Below, in pieces: positions 8,876 through 18,180 of a stretch of 43,323 nucleotides of DNA (its first letter is position 1; each line of letters opens with the position of its first letter). The position numbers and the translations under genes are program-made. The notes beneath the pieces are model-generated. The model was given only the letters and a program-made list of their open reading frames with translations, had not been told where the DNA came from and did no database searches. The stretch is taken from the sequence record SRR22947727_2571; one strand, 5' to 3'.

Positions 8876-11701
8876 TCAGCCAACCAGTTCTTTCGCCTTC
8901 GCCAAAACGTCTTCGAGCTTGTCCAAATCACGCGCCGCGCCACGAGCCATTTCGGGTTTTCCGCCGCCTTTTCCGCCGGCAACAGCCGTGATTTCGCGAA
9001 CGAGATCGCCCGCTTTAAAATCCCCGATGAGGCTTTTGTGAACGAGCGATCCGACGTGAATGGTTCCGTCAGCAACGAGCACGAGTGCTGCGACGCCTTC
9101 GAATCCACGGTCTTTAAAGCCGTTCATCGCTTCCTGAAGCAAATTGGCATTATCGCCGGGGATCTGCTCTGCGATTCGAGTAGGTGAATCCGCCAAGATG
9201 GTTTCGAGCCATTCGGAAGCCTGTTTCGCAGCAGCCCCTGCAGCCGCTTTTTTGAGCGATTTCTCGGCATCCACCGCAGCTGTTTTCAGTTCGTTGCGGA
9301 ATTGCTTCAACGATTCTACAAAATCACTAGCAGCCTGATGATTGCCGTCATTGAGGTGAGTGTCGATGTTGTCGGAAATCGAATCGGGTCCGGAAATTGG
9401 ATCCGCACCCGCAGCAACCAGTGCGGTGTTCGCAGCGGTCAGTTTGCCCGTAAGAGCCTCAATTTCTTTAGCTGTTTCGTCTTCGCTTTCACGGAGGAAA
9501 TCGACCGCCGCATCGCCGCAAACCGCTTCGATTCGGCGAATGCCGGCAGCGATTGCACCTTCAGAACGAATTTTGAAGAAGCCGATATCTCCGGTGTTAC
9601 GAACGTGAGTCCCGCCGCAAAGCTCCATCGAATAGCCATCCAGTTTTTCACGCTCGCCGCCGATTTGAACCACGCGAACGAGATCACCGTATTTGTCGCC
9701 GAAGAATTGCATGACGCCGGGATTCTCTTTCACGTCTGCGTGAGGAACTTCAATCCAACTCACCTGATCATTCTGACGAATGCATTCGTTGACCTGTTTT
9801 TCCGTTTCCGCAATTTGTTCTGCAGTCAGGGCATCGGAATTAAAATCGAAGCGCAAACGAGCCGGCGCGACGAGCGATCCCTGCTGGGTGGCGTCCTTGC
9901 TGACAACGTTGTGCAACGCCCAGTGGAAAAGGTGAGTCGCGGTGTGATGAATTTCAATTCCCCGACGGCGATTTTCGGAAATGCGAATCGTCGCCGCGGT
10001 CGCATTGGACTCCGGCTTTTCTTCAACCTGTATCACAAGTGCTTCACCAACGGTTGTCGTTCCAATGATCGGGAGAATTTCGTCGCCGAGTTGCAGTTCG
10101 CCGGTATCGCCCAGTTGCCCGCCTTTTTCGACGTAGAGCGTTGATTTTTTGACGATTGCAAAAACGTTGCCGTCTTCTTCGATCCATTCAGCGATCTCCG
10201 TTTTGGTCTCGTCATTATCAAATCCGACGAATTCTGAAACGACGTCTGTCTCGATCGTGACTGCAGAAATTTTCTGCGAGGACTGGCCTTTTGCGCCGGT
10301 CGCTTTGTGTTCATCGACGAGTTTTTTGAGCTCTTCCGAATCGGTTTTTAAACCACGCTCATCGAGCAGGAGTTCTGTCAGGTCTGTTGGGAATCCGTAG
10401 GTTTCCCAAAGTTTCACCACCGTTGCGGGCGGGAAATTTTTCTCGTCGCCGAGTTTTTCAACGGCACGATCAAATAGCACCAAACCGCGGTCGAGCGTTT
10501 TGTTGAACAACGCTTCTTCAGCCGCAAGCACTGACAAAATTCGTTCTTCGCGTTTTTTCAGTTCAGGAAAAACGTCGCCGAGTTGGGCGATCAAAGTTGG
10601 CGCGAGTTTTTCGAGAAACGGATTATCCGCGCTGAATCCGAGAATTCGCCCAAACCGAACGGCGCGACGCAGAATGTTACGAATCACGTAGTTCCGCTTG
10701 CCGTTTCCAGGTTCGATTCCATCGGCAATCGCGATGCTGGTCGTACGGATGTGATCACCGATTACGCGGAACGCGATGTCGATTTGTTCCTGCTCGTTGA
10801 GGCCTTGACGCTTTCCTCCTTCGGGAACCGTCGAAGTGTATTTTTGGCCGCACATTTCGCTTAATTTTTCAAAAATCGGCGAGAACACATCGGTATCGTA
10901 ATTGGATGCGAGCGTTGAAAAATCTTTCAGGCCGTCGGTGCACTGAATGATCGAAGCGACCCGCTCAAAGCCCATTCCGGTATCGACATGGGTTGAAGGA
11001 AGGGGGCGAAAACCGCCTTCACCATCAGCATTAAACTGAATGAAAACGAGGTTCCAGATCTCAATACAACGAGAGTCGTCCATGTTGACGAGCGATCCTT
11101 TGGTGTCACCCAGGGGCGTGAGATCGACGTGAACTTCCGAGCACGGACCGCAGGGACCCGTTTCACCCATCATCCAGAAATTGTCGGCTTTGTTGCCGTT
11201 TACGATATGGACGTCAGGATCGAGCCCTGCTTTTTCGAAAATGACTTTCCAGATGTCGTAGGCTTCCTGATCGAAGTCCGCAGGATCACCTTCGCCGGGC
11301 TTGTAGACGGTGGCGTAGAGGCGCTCAGGCGGAAGCTTCCAGCGTTCCACTAGAAGTTCCCAGGCCCATTCTATTGCCTCTTTTTTGAAGTAGTCACCGA
11401 ACGACCAGTTGCCCAGCATTTCGAAGAGCGTGTGATGATACGTGTCGTAGCCCACATCGTCGAGGTCGTTGTGTTTTCCACCGGCACGAATGCATTTTTG
11501 AGTGTCAGCAGCGCGTGGAGGGTCATAAGGAGCGGCTTCAGTTCCGAGGAAATACGGGACAAACTGGTTCATGCCCGCGTTTGTGAACATGAGGTTCGGC
11601 GAGGTTGGCATGACCGACGAGGACGGCACAATGGTGTGCAGTTTTCCTTCGAAGAAATCGAGGAAGGACTGTCGGATTTCGCTGGAGGTTGGGACGCTCA
11701 T
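8876..11701 (-). CDS. alaS: Alanine--tRNA ligase
   Basis: FTNAGMNQF, QKCIRAGGKHNDL, FEMLGNWSFGDYFK, HTATH, ELCGGTH, GGKGGG; start set at ATG 11701 (MSVPTSSEIRQ). Confidence 0.98.
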   Translation of the reverse strand: MSVPTSSEIRQSFLDFFEGKLHTIVPSSSVMPTSPNLMFTNAGMNQFVPYFLGTEAAPYDPPRAADTQKCIRAGGKHNDLDDVGYDTYHHTLFEMLGNWSFGDYFKKEAIEWAWELLVERWKLPPERLYATVYKPGEGDPADFDQEAYDIWKVIFEKAGLDPDVHIVNGNKADNFWMMGETGPCGPCSEVHVDLTPLGDTKGSLVNMDDSRCIEIWNLVFIQFNADGEGGFRPLPSTHVDTGMGFERVASIIQCTDGLKDFSTLASNYDTDVFSPIFEKLSEMCGQKYTSTVPEGGKRQGLNEQEQIDIAFRVIGDHIRTTSIAIADGIEPGNGKRNYVIRNILRRAVRFGRILGFSADNPFLEKLAPTLIAQLGDVFPELKKREERILSVLAAEEALFNKTLDRGLVLFDRAVEKLGDEKNFPPATVVKLWETYGFPTDLTELLLDERGLKTDSEELKKLVDEHKATGAKGQSSQKISAVTIETDVVSEFVGFDNDETKTEIAEWIEEDGNVFAIVKKSTLYVEKGGQLGDTGELQLGDEILPIIGTTTVGEALVIQVEEKPESNATAATIRISENRRRGIEIHHTATHLFHWALHNVVSKDATQQGSLVAPARLRFDFNSDALTAEQIAETEKQVNECIRQNDQVSWIEVPHADVKENPGVMQFFGDKYGDLVRVVQIGGEREKLDGYSMELCGGTHVRNTGDIGFFKIRSEGAIAAGIRRIEAVCGDAAVDFLRESEDETAKEIEALTGKLTAANTALVAAGADPISGPDSISDNIDTHLNDGNHQAASDFVESLKQFRNELKTAAVDAEKSLKKAAAGAAAKQASEWLETILADSPTRIAEQIPGDNANLLQEAMNGFKDRGFEGVAALVLVADGTIHVGSLVHKSLIGDFKAGDLVREITAVAGGKGGGKPEMARGAARDLDKLEDVLAKAKELVG

Positions 11702-11766
11702 TTTAGTAAAAAATTGAGGCGGAAAATAAGGGAAGCGAGGGCTGTGGCAAGGGGTTTCGGGCCTTG

Positions 11767-12355
11767 GTTGATCGGGAGGTCGCACAGAGACACAGAGCAC
11801 ACAGAGGAGGGAATTGAATTGGTGGCTTTTTAGGGCTGGCAAAAATTTGGATTGCTTGGGACAATTTTATTCATGGAAATAAATGACATCACGGATGCGA
11901 TTATTGGGCGTGCAATTTTTATCCATCAGGAGTTGGGGCCAGGGTTGTTGGAATCGGCTTATCAACGAATTTTGGTCTACGAATTACGAAAGTTAGGTTT
12001 TGAGGTTGAGGCAGAGAAGGAAATCCCGCTGACATGGGATGGAAATGTTTTAGGCGAGAGTTTTCGGGCTGATTTGATTGTTAATGGCAGTGTTCTGGTA
12101 GAGTTAAAATCAACCGAAACTCAAAATCCCGTATTCTGGAAGCAAACAAAGACCTATACTGTTGTCGCCGACCTTAAATTGGGCTTGCTCATCAATTTTG
12201 GATTACCGACTTTGGTCGATGGTATTTCCCGGGTCGCAAACGGGGAGCCTGAGTGATGCGTTCGTTCGATCAACCTCGAACTGCCGCCTATACTAAAAAA
12301 TGCTCACAGCCTTTGCTCTGTGTGCTCTGCGTCTCTGTGCGACCTCTTTATCAAC
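11767..12355. mobile_element. Inverted-repeat-bounded cassette 2 carrying a GxxExxY nuclease gene
   Basis: 11767-11806 GTTGATCGGGAGGTCGCACAGAGACACAGAGCACACAGAG versus reverse complement of 12316-12355 (36/40); mobility is inferred. Confidence 0.7.
11873..12256 (+). CDS. GxxExxY protein (PD-(D/E)xK nuclease superfamily)
   Basis: LGPGLLESAY, FRADLIVNGSVLVELKS, QTKTY, LGLLINFG; ~127 aa from ATG 11873. Confidence 0.93.
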   Translation: MEINDITDAIIGRAIFIHQELGPGLLESAYQRILVYELRKLGFEVEAEKEIPLTWDGNVLGESFRADLIVNGSVLVELKSTETQNPVFWKQTKTYTVVADLKLGLLINFGLPTLVDGISRVANGEPE

Positions 12356-12380
12356 TCCTGAAATCATCCTTGGTAGACAC

Positions 12381-12416
12381 AAAAAAGCTCAGCCCGTTTC
12401 CGGACTGAGCTTTCTT
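12381..12416 (-). terminator. Intrinsic terminator downstream of glnB (possibly bidirectional)
   Basis: On the minus strand AAAGCTCAGTCCG-GAAA-CGGGCTGAGC-TTTTTT. Confidence 0.8.
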
Positions 12417-12441
12417 GTTTTCGAAAATAAATTTCGGAAAA

Positions 12442-12855
<414 letters not shown>

Positions 12856-12868
12856 TTAATCATTTCAT

Positions 12869-12881
12869 CAAGTCGTTGATA
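12869..12881 (-). promoter_or_regulatory. IHF-type binding site
   Basis: Minus strand TATCAACGACTTG matches WATCAANNNNTTR and lies between the sigma54 site and the candidate enhancer. Confidence 0.55.
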
Positions 12882-12926
12882 AATAGCGAGTAAGAGTTTT
12901 TGTTTGAATTTCGGCTTAGAAAAAAT

Positions 12927-12965
12927 TGGTTGGAAAGTTATCAGTGAGTGGTAAGTTTTTTACCA
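12927..12965. promoter_or_regulatory. Candidate tandem enhancer (UAS) sites
   Basis: Perfect palindrome TGGTAA-GTTTT-TTACCA (12949-12965) and degenerate TGGTTG-GAAAG-TTATCA (12927-12943), 22 bp apart. Confidence 0.5.
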
Positions 12966-12972
12966 TATAGAC

Positions 12973-14412
12973 ATGCCGCGCCCTTCTTCACGAATTCTAA
13001 TTGTTGATTCTGATGTCGATCATATCGGCGACTTGGGGCGCTTTTTTGCCAACGAGAATTACTATTTGGTTTCTGCAAAATCGGGGGATGAGGCGCTCGA
13101 TTTGGCGCAGCAACAGTCATTTGATGCGGTTATTTGTGAATACCGGCTGGAAGGTCTCGGTGGATTGGCACTAACCGCTGAACTTCAGCGAATGAACTCG
13201 CGGATCCCTGTGATTGTCATTGCGAAGAATCCGGGCAGCAATACGGCGATCGAAGCGATCAAAGCCGGGGCCTACGATTTTTTGGCAAAACCGGTTGAGC
13301 CCAATGAAATTCAGAAAGTGCTTAGCGAAGCGATCGCAGCTTCCCGGCGGATGACAAACACGGTCGAAATCGGGGCTTCGGGAGCTGATTCGACAAGTGA
13401 TCGCGATGCCTTGATTGGAAAAAGCCGCGCGATGTTGGAGGTCTACAAGTCGTTGGGGCGACTTTCGGCAACTCCGGTGACGGTCTTGGTTCGCGGAGAA
13501 ACCGGAACGGGTAAAGAGCTGATTGCCAGAGCATTGTATCAACATGGTCACCGCGCCCACAAAGCGTTCGTGACGGTGAACTGCGCGGCCATTCCTGAAA
13601 ATTTGCTTGAGTCCGAGCTGTTTGGTCACGAAAAAGGAGCGTTCACGGGAGCCGTCGCGACTCGGGTTGGAAAATTCGAGCAAGCGCATAACGCGACGCT
13701 TTTTCTGGATGAAATCGGCGATCTGGATCTGTCGTTGCAGGCTAAATTGCTCCGCGTTTTGCAAGAGCGCCAGATTGAGCGGGTTGGGGCGCGCGATGAA
13801 ATTCCGGTCGATGTGCGGATCATTGCGGCGACCCATCGGAATTTGGAAAAAATGATCGCGGATGGCGAGTTCCGCGAAGATTTGTTTTATCGGCTGAATG
13901 TTGCCTCGATTGATCTCCCGCCACTTCGCGAGCGAATGGGAGACATTCCGGTTTTGGCCGATTATTTTTTGCAACGCGTTGGACAGGAACTCCAGCTGTC
14001 CCGCCCGGCGATGACGACGCGGGCGATTCGATACCTCGATGAGCAGCCGTGGCCTGGAAATGTGCGGCAATTGCAGAATGTGATTCGAAAGGCGCTGCTG
14101 AATTCCCGTGGGTTTGCGATCGATCGTTCTGATTTTCAACACGTTCTTTCGGAAGGGAGTTCGGTAAACTCGGGACCGAGTTCGGGGGCATCGGAATCGA
14201 TTCGTGATTTGGCTCGCGAGATTTTAAACCGCGTAAAAATCGGCGAAATCGAAGGGGCCTACGGGGAAATGCAGACCGAAATGGAACGCGTTCTTTTTAC
14301 CGAAGCCCTTCGGGAAGCGGGCGGGAATTTGAGTGAAGTTTCCCGTCTACTCGGAGTTTCACGGCTGACAATTCGCGAAAAGCTCCGCAAATTGGGATTG
14401 AGAAAAGACTGA
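12973..14412 (+). CDS. NtrC-family sigma54 enhancer-binding protein with atypical receiver domain
   Basis: Receiver-like N-terminus (FLAKP), GETGTGKE, ESELFGHEKGAFTGA, LFLDEIG, WPGNVRQL, Fis-type HTH. Confidence 0.95.
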   Translation: MPRPSSRILIVDSDVDHIGDLGRFFANENYYLVSAKSGDEALDLAQQQSFDAVICEYRLEGLGGLALTAELQRMNSRIPVIVIAKNPGSNTAIEAIKAGAYDFLAKPVEPNEIQKVLSEAIAASRRMTNTVEIGASGADSTSDRDALIGKSRAMLEVYKSLGRLSATPVTVLVRGETGTGKELIARALYQHGHRAHKAFVTVNCAAIPENLLESELFGHEKGAFTGAVATRVGKFEQAHNATLFLDEIGDLDLSLQAKLLRVLQERQIERVGARDEIPVDVRIIAATHRNLEKMIADGEFREDLFYRLNVASIDLPPLRERMGDIPVLADYFLQRVGQELQLSRPAMTTRAIRYLDEQPWPGNVRQLQNVIRKALLNSRGFAIDRSDFQHVLSEGSSVNSGPSSGASESIRDLAREILNRVKIGEIEGAYGEMQTEMERVLFTEALREAGGNLSEVSRLLGVSRLTIREKLRKLGLRKD

Positions 14413-14518
14413 TTTTCGAAGCAATAGGGTAATTTTGATGAACCAAGCCTATCTGTTCGAAATGGCTTTTCGAAACAACAGGGTCTATTCGCTGAACATA
14501 CCCTGTTGGTTCGTGGAA
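14413..14518. repeat. Dispersed double-box repeat, locus 3 (two units joined by TGGC)
   Basis: Units 14413-14462 and 14467-14518; four GAAnnnA-core-TnnnTTC-type boxes. Confidence 0.8.
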
Positions 14519-14528
14519 GACTTCCAGA

Positions 14529-15695
14529 TCAGTGGAGCTGACAGAATTCCTGAAAGCGATCCATGCCGGTTTTGATGACGTCGAGACCGGTCGCGTAGCT
14601 GAAACGAATTGAATTGTCGTGTCCAAAAGCAACTCCAGGAACGGCTGCCACTTTAAAGCGGGAGAGCAGTTTTTCAGCGAGGTTCATCGAGCCCAATCCG
14701 ATCTGAGTGGTATCAACGAGGAAGTAAAACGCACCGTCTGGCTCGACGATTTCGATGTTCGAAATCTCCTGCAAGCGGCTCAACATATACTGGCGCCGCA
14801 TGTCGTATTCGTCGACCATGTCGCCGATGATTTGCTGATCACCTTTGAGTGCTGCAACGGCTCCATATTGAGCAAATGTCGTAGGATTCGAAGTGGTGTG
14901 GCTCTGGATGATTGAAATCGCATCTGCAATCTCCTGAGGTGCCGCGGTGTAACCAAGGCGCCATCCAGTCATCGCGTAAACTTTAGAAAAACCATTGATT
15001 GTGATCGTGAGATCTTTGGCTTCCTGGCTGAGTGAAGCAACGCTGACGTGCTTCTTATCGTTGTAGATCAACTTCTCGTAAATTTCGTCGGAAAGAATGA
15101 TGACGTCCTCGGAAGCGGCAACTTCAACAAGTGCTTCGAGCTCTTCCTTTGAATAAACCGAACCGGTTGGGTTGCCGGGCGTGTTAAGAATGACCATGCG
15201 AGTTGCGCCGCCGAGTGCGTTCTCAAATTCTTCGGGAGTCAGCTTCCAGTTGTTCGATTTCTTTGTCTCAACGATGTAAGGCTCAGCACCGGCAAGGCGA
15301 ACCATTTCCGGGTAGCTCGTCCAGTAAGGTGCAGGGATGATGACTTCATCGCCGGGATCGCAGGTCGCCAGAATTGCGTTGTAGCACGAGTGCTTGGCGC
15401 CGCAATTGACGGAAATTTGCTTGGTCGAGTAATCGATGTTGTTGTCGAGAAGAAGCTTTTCGCGAATCGCTTCTTTCAACTCGGGGATGCCGGTCGCGGC
15501 GGTGTATTTGGTTTTGCCTTCTTCGAGGGCTTCGATGCAGGCGCGCTTGATGAAGTCGGGAGTGTCGAGATCGGGCTCACCGGCTCCGAAGCTCGCTACG
15601 TCGACCCCTTGGTCCTTCATGTTTTTCGCCGCTGCGGTGATCGCTAGCGTTTGTGAAGGCTCAATTTGGGAGAATTTTTCGGCGATGAGGCTCAT
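14529..15695 (-). CDS. PLP-dependent aminotransferase class I/II (aspartate aminotransferase-like)
   Basis: FGAGEPD, NTPGNPTG, LSDEIY, NGFSKVYAMTGWRLGY (PLP Lys). Confidence 0.95.
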   Translation of the reverse strand: MSLIAEKFSQIEPSQTLAITAAAKNMKDQGVDVASFGAGEPDLDTPDFIKRACIEALEEGKTKYTAATGIPELKEAIREKLLLDNNIDYSTKQISVNCGAKHSCYNAILATCDPGDEVIIPAPYWTSYPEMVRLAGAEPYIVETKKSNNWKLTPEEFENALGGATRMVILNTPGNPTGSVYSKEELEALVEVAASEDVIILSDEIYEKLIYNDKKHVSVASLSQEAKDLTITINGFSKVYAMTGWRLGYTAAPQEIADAISIIQSHTTSNPTTFAQYGAVAALKGDQQIIGDMVDEYDMRRQYMLSRLQEISNIEIVEPDGAFYFLVDTTQIGLGSMNLAEKLLSRFKVAAVPGVAFGHDNSIRFSYATGLDVIKTGMDRFQEFCQLH

Positions 15696-15759
15696 GTTTG
15701 GAAGGCGTTGAATTGAAGTTAGTAAAGTCGTTTTATCGAATTTACGCTTGCCGTTCCCA

Positions 15760-15854
15760 AACCTTTTAGACTAGGAGAAAAGCAAACATAAATCCCCACA
15801 ATGACGGGGTGTTTGGTGTCTGTTAGACCGCGACTCCTGTCAATACGGAAGGTT
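15760..15854. other. Candidate structured RNA/5' leader upstream of the aminotransferase
   Basis: Nested complementary segments AACCTT/AAGGTT, GAC-AGGAG/CTCCT-GTC, CAAACA/TGTTTG, CCCC/GGGG. Confidence 0.35.
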
Positions 15855-15958
15855 GTGATAACTGAATTGGGCAGGGATTCAAGCGAAATGACTCATGACA
15901 TGAATTTCATCGGCATTTTCTTTGAATATTATGGCCAAACCTTTATCGAGTAGCGCCC

Positions 15959-18130
15959 ATGCGATTGATCATTATTGTGGTTTTTCTCACCGCTTTTTGT
16001 GGGTGCGAAAATGGAAATTCACCTAACCCCGACAAAATGAACGAAAAACCGATTTCTGCCGAAAATTCTGATTCTGAAACTGCGGATGATCTGTGGCTTG
16101 AAGAAGTCGAGGGCGAAAAGGCTCTGGAATGGGTTCGAGGGCAAAATGAGCGGTCGCTGGCAGATTTGATGGCGGATCCAAACTACGCGGCCAATGAAGC
16201 TGCGGCGATCGAGGTGCTGACATCGAAAGAGCGAATTCCTTATGGCCGGGTTCGCGAGGGAATGGTCTACAATTTTTGGCAGGACGATGTGAACGTTCGC
16301 GGACTCTGGCGGCGGACTCCGGTAGCGGAATACGCGAAGGAAAACCCGAATTGGGAAACGGTGTTGGACTTCGACAAACTCGCGGCCGATGAGGAAAAAA
16401 ACTGGATTTTCAAAGGTTCGGATACTTTTAGATCAAAGGGGGGAGACAAATTTGTATGCCTCGTCGCGTTGTCGGATGGCGGAAAAGATGCCGTGATCCA
16501 TCGCGAGTTTGATTTGGAATCGAAGACGTTTGTTGAAGGTGGATTTGAAACGCCCGAGGCGAAGCAAAATGTGGATTGGGTTGATGTAGACACGATCTTG
16601 ATTGGCACGGATTGGGGCGATGATACCGTCACGGAAAGTGGCTATCCTTACGTCGTAAAACGCTGGAAGCGCGGAACGCCGTTGTCAGAAGCGGTTGAAG
16701 TGATTCGTGGTGATAAAACGGATGTCGCGGTGCGGCCTTTTACGTTGGAATTGGAGGATGGAACCATGTTGCAGTGCGCTGATGAGGCAGACACGTTTTT
16801 CACTTCGACGTATTGGCTGTTGTCGGAGAATGGCGAGCCGCCGGTAAAATGGCCGTTGCCACCTAAATGTTCGCCGGCTGGAATTTATAAAGGGCAGTTG
16901 CTGGTAACGTTGAAACAGGACTGGTCGCCGGAAGGGCAGGAAAGCCATGTGGCGGGTGATCTCGTTGCCTTTAGCATCGATGAGTTTTTAAAAACGAAGA
17001 CCTTACCAGCGGTGAAACTCGTTTTTCATGCCAATGAAACGCAGGCTGTTTCAGGCGTTTCGATCGCCAAAGGGGCGGTTTTGCTTTCGCTGAATGAAAA
17101 TGTTTCGGGAAAAGTCCTGCGGCTCGATGTGTCCGAAAATGGAGTTTGGACGACGGATCCGATCGAATTGCCGGGAACTGGCGAGGTCGGAGTGACGTTT
17201 GCGGACGACGAGGAAACATCCGTTTTTCTGAGCTACGACGGTTTTCTCACGCCGGATTCACTTCTGAAATATGATGTTCGCACTGGCGAAACCTCGACGT
17301 TGAAAAGCGTGCTGGCGAAGTTCAACACGGACGGTTTGAAGGTGGAGCAGTTTTTCACGACCTCGACGGATGGAACGAAAATTCCCTATTACATCATTCA
17401 TAGGGAAGACATCGAATTCAACGGGGCAACGCCGACGCTGCTCTATGGCTACGGTGGTTTTCAAATTTCGCTCGGGCCGGGTTACAATCCTACGACCGGC
17501 CGATTGTGGCTCGAAAAAGGCGGGGCGTACGTGCTCGCAAATATTCGTGGGGGAGGGGAATTCGGCCCCAAATGGCATCAGGCAGGATTGAAATTGAATC
17601 GCCAACTCATCTACGATGATTTCATTTCAGTTGGTGAAGCGATCATAGAGCGAGGTTTAACGAGTCCCAAACATCTCGGGATCATGGGTGGTTCCAACGG
17701 CGGTTTGCTGATGGGTGTGATGCTGAATCAGCGGCCGGATTTGTGGAATGCCGTCGTCATTCAAGTGCCGCTGCTCGACATGCTGCGGTATCATTTGCTG
17801 CTCGCTGGAGCTTCGTGGGTTGACGAATACGGTTCGCCGGAAATCCCAGAGGAGCGCGCTTTTCTCGAGAAAATTTCGCCGGTTCACAATTTTGATCCCG
17901 CGAAAGAGTATCCCGTGCCGTTCTTCGTGACGTCGACCAAAGACGATCGCGTTCATCCCGGCCACGCTCGGAAACTCGCGAAGAAATTCGAAGACGCCGA
18001 CCTTCCGTTTTTCTACTATGAAAATATTGATGGAGGGCATTCGGCAGCCGCTAACCAGATCGAGCGTGCGAAGCGAAGTGCGCTGGAGTTTACGTATCTG
18101 ACGCGGCGGTTGTTTTCGAGTTGGGAGTGA
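15959..18130 (+). CDS. Prolyl oligopeptidase (S9A), probable lipoprotein
   Basis: WLEEVEG, YGYGGF, NIRGGGEFG, GGSNGG (Ser), DDRV (Asp), GGHS (His); N-terminal signal with Cys. Confidence 0.95.
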   Translation: MRLIIIVVFLTAFCGCENGNSPNPDKMNEKPISAENSDSETADDLWLEEVEGEKALEWVRGQNERSLADLMADPNYAANEAAAIEVLTSKERIPYGRVREGMVYNFWQDDVNVRGLWRRTPVAEYAKENPNWETVLDFDKLAADEEKNWIFKGSDTFRSKGGDKFVCLVALSDGGKDAVIHREFDLESKTFVEGGFETPEAKQNVDWVDVDTILIGTDWGDDTVTESGYPYVVKRWKRGTPLSEAVEVIRGDKTDVAVRPFTLELEDGTMLQCADEADTFFTSTYWLLSENGEPPVKWPLPPKCSPAGIYKGQLLVTLKQDWSPEGQESHVAGDLVAFSIDEFLKTKTLPAVKLVFHANETQAVSGVSIAKGAVLLSLNENVSGKVLRLDVSENGVWTTDPIELPGTGEVGVTFADDEETSVFLSYDGFLTPDSLLKYDVRTGETSTLKSVLAKFNTDGLKVEQFFTTSTDGTKIPYYIIHREDIEFNGATPTLLYGYGGFQISLGPGYNPTTGRLWLEKGGAYVLANIRGGGEFGPKWHQAGLKLNRQLIYDDFISVGEAIIERGLTSPKHLGIMGGSNGGLLMGVMLNQRPDLWNAVVIQVPLLDMLRYHLLLAGASWVDEYGSPEIPEERAFLEKISPVHNFDPAKEYPVPFFVTSTKDDRVHPGHARKLAKKFEDADLPFFYYENIDGGHSAAANQIERAKRSALEFTYLTRRLFSSWE

Positions 18131-18180
18131 CTCTCATTTCCAAACTGGACCAATTCATAAAACTGTGGAAATCTCAGCCG

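Noticed and set aside
11702-11842. N-terminal extensions in the ORF track (alaS; also the GTPase, lepB, 30687 and 42260 ORFs)
   Set aside because: They translate repeats, intergenic DNA or neighbouring genes; downstream ATGs give family-typical starts
13171-14142. Long antisense ORFs (also 9302-10144, 18196-19137, 24486-25271, 32875-33900)
   Set aside because: They lie almost entirely opposite well-supported genes and show no recognisable motifs
14413-14518. Repeat clusters as a CRISPR array
   Set aside because: Units are degenerate, joined by constant 3-4 bp linkers rather than unique spacers, at most two per locus, and no cas genes are present
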